From the NCBI GenBank assembly GCA_000002445.1, contig CM000208.1:3040001-3104000 (forward strand): 64,000 nt of DNA. The letters run 5' to 3'. The position numbers and the translations under genes were made by a program. Positions 41,198-50,624 of the stretch are shown in pieces. This DNA is from Trypanosoma brucei. Its lineage: Eukaryota. The notes beneath the pieces were generated by a model. It saw only the letters and a list, made by a program, of their open reading frames with translations, was not told the DNA's origin and searched no databases. Within the stretch, counting starts at the first letter, position 1; each line of letters opens with the position of its first letter.

Positions 41198-43618
41198 TCA
41201 AGGATCACGCACGTCTGGCGGACACGCCCGTTCTTCAGAACTAATACCCAAAAAGCTTAAAAGCCCAAATGCGCGAAGCGATACGTCAATAGCTACCTCC
41301 AGTTTCGTACGGCTCAACGTCCCGCTCAACCACCAGGGGCCTTCCCTGTGAGCAAGCTTACCACCCTCCAACCCTAGTAGAACGCCACCAACCACGACAC
41401 ACTCATTTAAAAGTTCTTGTACCTTCAACATGCCCTCGCCCTCTCCGTCCCTCAAAGCGAGCAAGTCCTTAAGAGAGTTGGTAGAACGCAAAAAAGAAGA
41501 GCCCTTGTCCAGATCGCCGTCCGTTGTGGAAGCATCTTGACATAGAACACAGCGCCACTGTTCGTGCAGCCAAACAAAACCGTTAGAAAGTAGATCCTTG
41601 ACTACCTGCGGGTGGTGGTCAGCGTTGATGACTATTTTTCGCGCATGCGCAATAGAGGAAAGGTACGAAGCAGACTCGACGACTGCCCGCCACCGACAGG
41701 TGGCATCCCAAAGAAACTTCCCGTCATAAGCCTCGAATGCACGGACCCCAGCCGAAACAATCTCCACCCCTGGACCCTTGTACGGGCGCGTTCCGAACAG
41801 CATGCGCGCCGCTGCGAGCGTCATGAGCACAATCCTACGGTACGGTCCGCCATTTGGATTTAGGTGATAAACCGGCACTAGGCCAAATTTTGAATCTCCA
41901 CGACGATCCTCCCTGTGTTGCAAACCACCTTGCTCCCTTTCCTCCTCACCATAGTAGTGAAAAGAATCCCCATCGTTGCGGTCGATACCATAAAAGTCAG
42001 TAATGTTACACCACACTTCATCCTCCTTAGCAACTTGTAACCACAGCTTGCCTTTCATCCAATGATTTAGTTTTCTGATCTGTACTGGAGGTGAGACAGG
42101 AACTGGTCCGCTCAGCTTACGAAAAGCAGCAATGAAAAATCCGCCAGTATCGTCCTTGTGCGGTAACACGCGAAGAACTTTTCGGCCATCATATGAATTA
42201 GGTAATACGCTATTGCGGAGATGAGTTGTATCCGGTGAAAGAAGTCCACCAAAAGAGTGCAATTGAACTCCGCATTCCCTCAATATAGAAGAAACGTCAA
42301 GTAGTTCCACTGCATCCCCAAAAAGTTCCAAACCAGCACACACAACTTCTTCGTCTTCTTTCGGTTGCAAGCTACACGTGCTGTAGACAAGAATGCCATC
42401 CGTCTCCAACAAGTCCAAACCACGCCGAAGTAAAGCCCGCTGTGTTGGTAAAAGCGACTTCACGTAACCGGCACTCCATGAGCTTGCCAGTGACGGCTCT
42501 TTACGCAAAGTACCATCTCCACTGCAAGGAACATCGCAAATCACTCGATCAAAGCGTCTCTCTCCGAGGTGCATGTCCCCTTGTGTTGTAGGACACAATA
42601 AGCGTGGCCACTGCACGGCATCACAACGTGTACAAATAACATTGGGGGCGTGATATCTCTTCAAACGAGCGGGTAAAGTTTGTGTGGCCTTTACACGATC
42701 TTTTTCGTTTGCAACCATTACACCAGAAGAAACCGCCGAGCTGTTCCACCCGTTTTTCAACATTTCATCGAGAGCTTGCAACGTTTTGCTCCCAGGTGCA
42801 GCACACATATCCAACACGGTGTGGTGCGGTTGAATTCCAGCGACGATCACCGGTAAAGCGGAGACAACTTCCTGAAAGGATACAGCGCTTGCCGCATGAA
42901 GAGTTCGGCATATATGTTCAACGTAAGAGTCCGCGTGATACGCTGCATGTGAACAACCAAAAAGTGCCACGCTGGTGGGCATAAGAGGGACCACTGGTCG
43001 CAGCACTGAGCTCACTGTAGGATCATTTTTTAAAAACTCATTAGCAATAGAAACCATTACCCGCTCGTTTCGATGCACCCGCAATGTCATCGGAAGCGGT
43101 GACGTAGCACACGTAAGAAACTCGCACCATTCCTTACCAACATCAGCGCCGTTGGTGCACTCAAATAAGGATGCGAAACGGTCACCTTTGTAGTACTTCA
43201 GCAAAGGTGCATTCTCGTCCATGGGTATTTTACTGCCAACACCTCGACGACGGTCGTGGACGCTCAATGGTGCAGCTGCCTGATCGATAGCAAAGCACAA
43301 TTCCGTAACGTCAATACAATCAGGTGTCGAGCGGCTACGGGGAATGCGCCGTGCAATTTCCCATAAGTCGCAACCACTTACACTGTCGCCAAGCTCCTTG
43401 CAAAGACGAATGATGCCCTCGCCTTCGATAACAGGTGAAGCACCATCTCCATTGGACTCATCAACGCCCTCAGCCGCAGTTTGTTGGGTAGCAAACGACA
43501 GTAGAAAACGAAGTGGGGCAGATGGATCAAGTTGTGGAGAGACACGGGCGATGAGTGCAGACAGTGCGGGTGTTAGGGGGTTTCTCTGTCTTTTGCAGCG
43601 CTGTTTCGGTTTCCACAT
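41198..43618 (-). CDS. NOL1/NOP2/Sun (NSUN) family RNA cytosine-C5 methyltransferase
   Basis: The track start at 43681 is GTG, so I moved it to the first ATG at 43618 (MWKPKQRCKRQ...). The SAM motif is DMCAAPGSKT. Motif IV, which carries the catalytic Cys, is VICDVPCSGDGTLRK. Motif VI is VYSTCSL. Long N- and C-terminal extensions are present. Confidence 0.8.
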   Translation of the reverse strand: MWKPKQRCKRQRNPLTPALSALIARVSPQLDPSAPLRFLLSFATQQTAAEGVDESNGDGASPVIEGEGIIRLCKELGDSVSGCDLWEIARRIPRSRSTPDCIDVTELCFAIDQAAAPLSVHDRRRGVGSKIPMDENAPLLKYYKGDRFASLFECTNGADVGKEWCEFLTCATSPLPMTLRVHRNERVMVSIANEFLKNDPTVSSVLRPVVPLMPTSVALFGCSHAAYHADSYVEHICRTLHAASAVSFQEVVSALPVIVAGIQPHHTVLDMCAAPGSKTLQALDEMLKNGWNSSAVSSGVMVANEKDRVKATQTLPARLKRYHAPNVICTRCDAVQWPRLLCPTTQGDMHLGERRFDRVICDVPCSGDGTLRKEPSLASSWSAGYVKSLLPTQRALLRRGLDLLETDGILVYSTCSLQPKEDEEVVCAGLELFGDAVELLDVSSILRECGVQLHSFGGLLSPDTTHLRNSVLPNSYDGRKVLRVLPHKDDTGGFFIAAFRKLSGPVPVSPPVQIRKLNHWMKGKLWLQVAKEDEVWCNITDFYGIDRNDGDSFHYYGEEEREQGGLQHREDRRGDSKFGLVPVYHLNPNGGPYRRIVLMTLAAARMLFGTRPYKGPGVEIVSAGVRAFEAYDGKFLWDATCRWRAVVESASYLSSIAHARKIVINADHHPQVVKDLLSNGFVWLHEQWRCVLCQDASTTDGDLDKGSSFLRSTNSLKDLLALRDGEGEGMLKVQELLNECVVVGGVLLGLEGGKLAHREGPWWLSGTLSRTKLEVAIDVSLRAFGLLSFLGISSEERACPPDVRDP

Positions 43619-43986
43619 ATTCGCAAGAGGTAAGAACAAGCAGATATTCTTTGTATCCAAGTTCCTCCCGCACCAGTACACACGGACTCAGAAAAAATGA
43701 AGGATTTCGCCCAACCTCCACTTCGCTCACCCCTTCCCTTGTCCCCACTGACCCTGCTTCACTTTTATTCGATAACTCATTTCAAGCACACAGAAGGGAA
43801 AAAGAAAGCAGAGCGGTTCCCGCGCAACTTAGTTATGGGAGGTTTACTTCCAACCAACTGGGGCGATTGGAGCCGCACTACCGCACATTCAGTCGTTTTG
43901 GAGGGGAAATAAATGACACAAAAGAGACTTAACGGTGTAAGCACCCGTGGCTGAAAGTGTTTCTCGCTGTAAGAAGCACTTGAGGG

Positions 43987-44877
43987 TTAAACCTCCCAGA
44001 ATTCTTTTCCCTCTTTATTCCTCACGTTGCGGTCAGCACCTTGACGCAGCAGATATCGGCCAAGTTCCTCGTTGTTATCCATTGAGGCATAAAACAACGC
44101 AGTATCACCACGGTAGTCTTGAAGGTTAATCCACCGCTTGTGCTCTACTTCAGTATGCCGTTTTCGACTCGCACCCACAAGCTCCTCAACAACATCCAGT
44201 GAGCCCCTACCAATTGCACGATGAAGTGCGGATTGCCCACGTTTGTTTGTATGGGCAATGAAAGCCCCAGACTGCAGCAGAAAACTGACAATGGTGAGTC
44301 TCCCACGGCTGGCTGCGTGAAGGAGTGGTGTGTTGCCACTGTTGTCAGGTTGGTTGACAACGGCAATGCGATGTTCAGCAAGAGGTTCTTCCGTGTTTAC
44401 ACTGGCTTCCCCGCGTTTACTATCCCAAAATAGCTGTTGTGCGACATTCCACCTCCTCTGCTCCGCTGCCTTTGACAAGATAGTGGTCAGAAACTGTATA
44501 GGAGCCCCAACCATGCACGCGGTCAAAAACGGAGACGCCCCGTCGTGGTCCACGCTGTAGACGAGAGCATGATATGGAGCACTCATGAGTTTCCCAGCTA
44601 GCGAGTAGCTCTGCATCGCCACTGCCCAATGGAGCGCTGTCCTTCCATCATCATCTTGGTGGCTCCATGCACCCCCAAAACTGTGTTGCGCCACTATGTG
44701 TGACTCAAAGCTAATGTTGGCTGCCTGACAGAAAAGGGTTGGACCTCCATCTTCATCTTCCTTCAAGTCACTGCTGGCGTCGATGACCACAGCGCGTCCA
44801 GGGCACAACCTTTTGAGGCACTCCAAAACAGCATCGATTTCGTCACTCTTGCATATTTCCGACAGGTGATCACTCAT
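43987..44877 (-). CDS. Ankyrin-repeat protein
   Basis: A 296-aa ORF with an ATG start that I verified. It has at least four to five ANK repeats, including DDGRTALHWAV, DGASPFLTACMVG, GNTPLLHAASRGRLTIVSFLLQSGA, RGQSALHRAIGRGSLDVVEELV and GDTALFYASMDNNEELGRYLLRQGAD. Confidence 0.75.
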   Translation of the reverse strand: MSDHLSEICKSDEIDAVLECLKRLCPGRAVVIDASSDLKEDEDGGPTLFCQAANISFESHIVAQHSFGGAWSHQDDDGRTALHWAVAMQSYSLAGKLMSAPYHALVYSVDHDGASPFLTACMVGAPIQFLTTILSKAAEQRRWNVAQQLFWDSKRGEASVNTEEPLAEHRIAVVNQPDNSGNTPLLHAASRGRLTIVSFLLQSGAFIAHTNKRGQSALHRAIGRGSLDVVEELVGASRKRHTEVEHKRWINLQDYRGDTALFYASMDNNEELGRYLLRQGADRNVRNKEGKEFWEV

Positions 44878-45255
44878 CCCACAGTTGGTCCCCCCTTTAT
44901 TCCTACGGCGCGAGGCCCATTAACGTTAGTGACAACAAACAGTCAGAGAACGCGTGGGGAAAGATATGACAAAGGAAACGACATCAGCAGCACAGTTTTC
45001 AGTTTGAGTCGTGGAAGGGATCCCCAAAAGACAACACATCCTCATTTTCGCATTACAAAATACATCAGGAACACTACGATAAAGGTAAAGTAACACATGG
45101 ACAAAGCACCGCAGGAAAAAAAAAAGAAACAAAACAAAATGCGATACAACGTTTGAAGCATAATCATGACGGCGATGGTTCACCATCTTCGCTTCCTTGG
45201 TTATTGTTAACTAACTGCGAAAATAGATATACTCACGATAACGAAAAGGGGGAAG

Positions 45256-47118
45256 CTAGGTTCCCTGTCCAGTGTTACCCACCAGGCGGTGGGATTTGCA
45301 AACTGCCGCTAAACCCAATGTGAATCCCATACTGGGTAGAAACTCGGCCATCACTTCGAGGAAGGGAATGAAGATATAGTTTATGAACGACGTCTGTCCC
45401 TCAGCAATCATAGGGGTTTGGCGGTCCATGAACGGACTACATGACATACCCAGGGATCGCTCCCGGTCACCTTGCGTGTAGAACTCGTCGGACACCCTCT
45501 CGCTCCATTTAAGGTATAACGGAAGTGGACGACAACAATTCGAAATATCAGCCAGCTTTAGTGCCATCGCCAATGCGAGGTTCTGATCACAATCCTCCGT
45601 AAAAGGCCGCTTCTCGCTTAAACGACGCTTAAATTGCGTCATGTACTTCTCGTGCAAAGACATGTCAGTGGCCAATACCATGTCGATAACGGTATTTCGG
45701 AAATCTCGCCAGTGTTCCTCAGAAAAGCACGCCAAAATATTTAGCGCCGGATTTCTCATTAACTCAAATACGCTAGCAACGTGCATATTTTCCAGCACAC
45801 TACGATCATTGTAAAGCGTGGCGTTGTACGTTTGCGTCAGTATACTAAAGTTGTTGTTAATGCCGGGGTGATTGTAATCGTGAATAGCCGCCGCAAAAAG
45901 GGCTGCAAGCACTTGCCTGTCGTTCAACTTGCATAGCTCCGCCAGACCGCCTTTGCTTAACAGATAGTGTGTGATATGAAGCACGTCTGCCGCGTGCATC
46001 GAGTTATGATACGGATTAGCATGGTATCCACCTTCGACGGCACTGAGCCAGTTTAAAAAAATTCGCTCGTTGATTTCAAATTTACGAAGAAAACCATACT
46101 TGACTACGAGGGCGTACATTGTTATAAATAGTGCGCCGCAGCCAGATTGATCATTCTTGCAATTGATATCGTCCCCATCAATAGCTGCCTGAAGCTCAAA
46201 CACGTTGTAGTCCCAATCGTCCAACCCGTTTAATGCCTCCCAAACCATTTTGTGTTTTTTGCTCATTCGACTAAGACGTTCAGGTAGTTCTGACTCAGTG
46301 TAGGGATCAATCAAGCAGTTTGAAGCATTGCAAGCCTTCGATCCTTCAGTTTTTGGCCACCTACTCTTGATTAGCCGTAGAAGTTCCACATCGTATTCCT
46401 TGCACTCTTTCTTCTCGAATACCAGGCGGAGAAGTTTCCTTTCCGGTATATACGAGTCTTCGGCATGTGGACCCGAGGTTTCTCCGACACTTGTCTCCGA
46501 CACTTCCTTTGCTTTTGGGTTAATTTGATTTGATAAACGGGAAATATTGTCTCTTAATTTTCCAATCTTAAGAGTATTCTTGGTGTCCTGCTTTCTACGC
46601 CAAATATTGTTCTCACACAGCACGCGCACTTCCTCTTCCAGCATTCTCACCTGCAACTTTGCCTTTTCCAGCTCCTCCATTATCTTTTGAACTTTGTTTT
46701 TCTCCTCCTTAGGGTTTGCGTAAACGGCATTCGCGTCAACCAAACATTTGAGAATCGTCGCCGAGGTATCTTCCTCAGTTTTTTGAATGGGAAAGCAGAG
46801 CGCACTCTTCTCGCTACAGTCCTCTTTGCCACAAAGAATGTGCGCAGTATCCTCCGATCTTGCTAGAATGCTAACGCAATTGCCATTGAACGCATTCCGA
46901 AGTACGTCAAAGAACAGTCCCCACCCAGCATCTTTCCCGAGCTGATATTTGATCGTCTCTAGAGCCTCTTCACCAAAATTGCTTTGATAAAACTCACCAT
47001 TAGTGGTCGCCACGAAAAGCGCAAGCTGCCGAGCCGAGTTATCCATCTTGGCCATAGTAGAGGACCCATCAGATGTAACGGCAAACATGGTCGGGCACTT
47101 TCGGAGCGCTTCCAACAT
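45256..47118 (-). CDS. PDEA: Class I cyclic-nucleotide (cAMP) phosphodiesterase, HD-domain type (the symbol is from recollection of T. brucei synteny)
   Basis: The track start at 47124 is TTG, so I moved it to the ATG at 47118. This gives a 620-aa product. The PDE catalytic-domain signatures are YHNSMHAADVLH...HDYNHPGINNNF, HEKYMTQF and ALKLADISN. There is no GAF, FYVE or other N-terminal regulatory domain. Confidence 0.85.
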   Translation of the reverse strand: MLEALRKCPTMFAVTSDGSSTMAKMDNSARQLALFVATTNGEFYQSNFGEEALETIKYQLGKDAGWGLFFDVLRNAFNGNCVSILARSEDTAHILCGKEDCSEKSALCFPIQKTEEDTSATILKCLVDANAVYANPKEEKNKVQKIMEELEKAKLQVRMLEEEVRVLCENNIWRRKQDTKNTLKIGKLRDNISRLSNQINPKAKEVSETSVGETSGPHAEDSYIPERKLLRLVFEKKECKEYDVELLRLIKSRWPKTEGSKACNASNCLIDPYTESELPERLSRMSKKHKMVWEALNGLDDWDYNVFELQAAIDGDDINCKNDQSGCGALFITMYALVVKYGFLRKFEINERIFLNWLSAVEGGYHANPYHNSMHAADVLHITHYLLSKGGLAELCKLNDRQVLAALFAAAIHDYNHPGINNNFSILTQTYNATLYNDRSVLENMHVASVFELMRNPALNILACFSEEHWRDFRNTVIDMVLATDMSLHEKYMTQFKRRLSEKRPFTEDCDQNLALAMALKLADISNCCRPLPLYLKWSERVSDEFYTQGDRERSLGMSCSPFMDRQTPMIAEGQTSFINYIFIPFLEVMAEFLPSMGFTLGLAAVCKSHRLVGNTGQGT

Positions 47119-47771
47119 CGCCAACAGGGTACAATCCGCTCTCCTGGTTTCCCTAACTCCCTCCGTTTCTATCCCGCCAACCCCTCGCCTCTGGCTGAAG
47201 TTGCTGAAGGTGATGTCACACCTCCCGAGTTCCTAATAACCAACCGCCTCACCCCCGTATAGCGGCCTCGACTCTAACTTAGGTGGACGAAAAAAGAAGT
47301 TGAAAAGTGAAATCATAAACAAGCAGTGGTAGAAGAGTAAAAACGCAAACATACCCAACGTGGAAAAGCAGCTTCCACATACCCCGACAGAAGTAGTGAA
47401 CTTGTATGGCAACGAGAAGGATAAATATAAAGATACACAAAAATTAATGTGTACGATATTTACATATACATGTGTGCACAGAGGCGGAGAACACCCTAAA
47501 TAAGGAAAGATTAGAGAATAAAAGTGTGCGGACGACCCCGCACCACACAACTAACTCAAGGTAGCACAACTGCGCCCTTTTACCCTCTCCTTCTTTCTTC
47601 ATTGGTTAGGTTAAATGCATTACGTTATTTCCCAGCATAGGCATTCGAACAATAAATACAGAGAAAAAAGAAAAAAATTAAACTAGACAACGGCATTCAA
47701 AGGCATGTTGGACTCACCCCTGCCGTGCAGTGCATCTCAGTTCGCATCACTCAGGGAAGCAGACAAACGTG

Positions 47772-47795
47772 TATATATATATATATATATATATA
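47772..47795. repeat. (TA)12 microsatellite
   Basis: Perfect tatata... run in the PKAC to PDE intergenic region. Confidence 0.9.
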
Positions 47796-49226
47796 CTAAA
47801 ATAACTTAGGGCATAACATGGAAACTTGGTCAAAAATTACACTTTCGAAGGGAAACAAAAAGAAAGAAGGATAACCCCATTCATTCAAACGAAACAATGA
47901 GCCCCCACCAGCCACGCCGGCACGAAGTGGTGGCCACACCGATTCGAGGACACAACGTATGGACAGGTAAGCGCCACAAAAAAATGTCTGATTTCTGTCA
48001 ACGGAGCGAAGTGACCAAACAATCAAACAGAAAATGTGGGTGGAATGGTGCGAAATCAGTTCCTCGGGTTTGAGAAATTGTGGGGACGCACACCATCTCA
48101 GTGCAAGATCCATCTTGCAAGGAGCACTCGAAAGTTCATGCAACACAGTAAAGTGAACGTGGACACACAAACAACATCAATGTTTCCTCATAGCAGCAAC
48201 GCGGATTCGGTAGTGCTGCGACGCAACAAACAAAGGTTAATGGGTACCTAATAGTCGGGGTACATAACTATTTTGAGCGAGCGAGCGGAGTCCCTTCCAA
48301 AGCTTCCTCGGTTTTAAAATTGCCTGCAACGCTCATAAAAACACATATCCTCAAGATACCCGGCATTCGTCCACATCTAACCACCATCACCCTCTCGATT
48401 GTGAAAAAGAGCGATCATGTAACCGACTGCTTACGCGCACCTGGTGTTGCAGACTCACATCCACACGTCTCCCCCCGGTATTTCAGAAGAAGTCAAAAAC
48501 GGGAGAATAGGCCGCGCATTTCAGTGTGATCAAAAAGTTCAAAGCAACACTGCCATTACGTGCTTCCGTATTCTTACCCGATTTTATGCAGCTATAAAAA
48601 GATACGAGATACAACAACTTCCACCCTGGGACTCATATTTTACCCAATCGATGTATTTTTCACAATCATTTAGCATATAACAAACCCACTGCAGTATCAG
48701 GCACAAAAACAAATATATGTTGTCACTGTCCCCTCTCCCGTTTATTTCCGGGCGAACCCATTACCGCTGTCCCTGCCCACTGTGTGCATATTACTTTCTG
48801 CACCCTCACCAACACCTTTAGTTCGACCCCTCGCACAACCCGAAACGAAAGTTCACATAATCTATAAGGAGGGTAAAAGCATTCAACTGTATGATGGCAA
48901 TTCTGTGACGGAATAAAAAAGGGGCTCCTCAAAGGGGACAATCACATTCTCTAAGTAAGAGCCTCTGCTGTACTCCTCGTTGCTTTCGCAAACGAAATAC
49001 TTCTAACATGTGCCTCACCCCTCCTGCGGCACTTGAGGAGACAGCTTTGGCTCATGCCATTCTCCCCTTTGCTGCTTCTGACACTGCCAAACACGAGCAC
49101 GAAACCCGGAACCTGGCTTTTTGTCAACAGCAGAAAGAAATCACAGAAATCGGCTATTAGCAACAACATCTTAAGGGGTGCAAACATCACGGCTGTTGAT
49201 ACCGTTAAGGACGTCAAAGGAAGTGC

Positions 49227-50240
49227 TCAGATCCTCGTGTATTCACCATCGCAAAACCCCGAGAATAACTCCTGCTGTGCCTCAGTCAAAGGTTGAAGTG
49301 GATGGCGAGGACTTTCTGGATAACGATCGAAGTACCTAGTGTCACCATCGTTGTTTAGACGCACGTGAATGGGAGCGGCGACACCTCTCTGTAGGAGAAC
49401 GTTCCAATTAACCCCACTGTAGAACTTGTGTCGCTTAACGTCCTGCACACCACGTTTTACTGACCCAAGGCGTTTCGTTGGTTCAATTGTTAAAAAACTC
49501 TTTATGAGGTCCTTCGCCCGCATCTCCACCCACTTTGGAAACTGAAGTTTCCCCTCTAAAATTTTTTCGTATGTTCTAAAAGGACTCTCGTCGAAAAAAG
49601 GAGGATAACCGACAAGCATCTCATAGAGAAGAATTCCGAGTGTCCACCAATCCACAGCCCGATCGTGACCTTTACTTTGGATTATCTCCGGCGCAAGATA
49701 CTCTGGAGTCCCACATAGCGTGTACGTTCTGTCCCTAACGCGTTTCGCGAACCCAAAGTCCGTAATCTTAATGTTTCCCTGCTTGTCCAAAAGCACATTT
49801 TCTGGCTTCAAGTCACGGTATACGATGCCGCACTCATGAATATATTCAAACGCCAAAACCACTTCTGCGGAGTAGAACTTGGCTACATCATTAGGGAATT
49901 TTCCCGCCTTCCGGAGGTGGGAGAACAGCTCGCCACCCACCACATACTCGAGGAGGAGGTACAATCGGTCATCATCCATAAAACCTTTATACATTGTCAC
50001 AATAAATGGATGGCTCAACTCCTGTAGAATACTCGACTCGGCCAGTATATGGTCTACCTGTTTCATACGCAAAATTTCCTGCTTTTTAAGAATCTTCAAA
50101 ACAACGTATTGTCCAGAAGCCCTGTGTCTACATAGGCGGACGCGCCCAAAAGTACCGGTACCTATTGTCTCTCGGATCTCCAGGTCTTGCAGCTTCCAGC
50201 TGGACACGTCCTTCCTTGTCAGGCACCCATCCGACTTCAT
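49227..50240 (-). CDS. PKAC3: Protein kinase A catalytic-subunit-like AGC kinase (the symbol is from recollection of T. brucei synteny)
   Basis: A 337-aa ORF with an ATG start that I verified. It has the full kinase signature set: GTGTFGRV, VLK, HRDLKPEN, DFG, GTPEYLAPE and DWW. A C-terminal AGC tail ends with FSGF, in the manner of the PKA FSEF hydrophobic motif. Confidence 0.9.
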   Translation of the reverse strand: MKSDGCLTRKDVSSWKLQDLEIRETIGTGTFGRVRLCRHRASGQYVVLKILKKQEILRMKQVDHILAESSILQELSHPFIVTMYKGFMDDDRLYLLLEYVVGGELFSHLRKAGKFPNDVAKFYSAEVVLAFEYIHECGIVYRDLKPENVLLDKQGNIKITDFGFAKRVRDRTYTLCGTPEYLAPEIIQSKGHDRAVDWWTLGILLYEMLVGYPPFFDESPFRTYEKILEGKLQFPKWVEMRAKDLIKSFLTIEPTKRLGSVKRGVQDVKRHKFYSGVNWNVLLQRGVAAPIHVRLNNDGDTRYFDRYPESPRHPLQPLTEAQQELFSGFCDGEYTRI

Positions 50241-50624
50241 TTCCTATCCCTTAGACCCGTAATCGGGACCAAATATGCGCAGGAAGCTAGACTAAAGGTT
50301 TAATAATACCGCCACAGCGGATATTACTCTTTCCTCTCAACAACTTCCCGTTTCGATGAAGCTCGCTTCCCCGTGTCACACCTTTCAATACACGCTGTCC
50401 TGTTACCGTTTCTTTGGAGAGGAGAAAAAAGGAAAAGAGGAAACTGCAGATACCCTCGTCGCCGAAAGCACAATGTTAAGAAGGAGAAGTACTTTATACG
50501 CTAAAAGATATTCTTCATGGGCATGCACGTGACAGACATTTATGAATGTCCTCCGAATGCATTTCTCTCACGGTTTCGAGGGAGAAATCGTCAAACACAG
50601 CATAAAACAAATGAAAGGTATCTT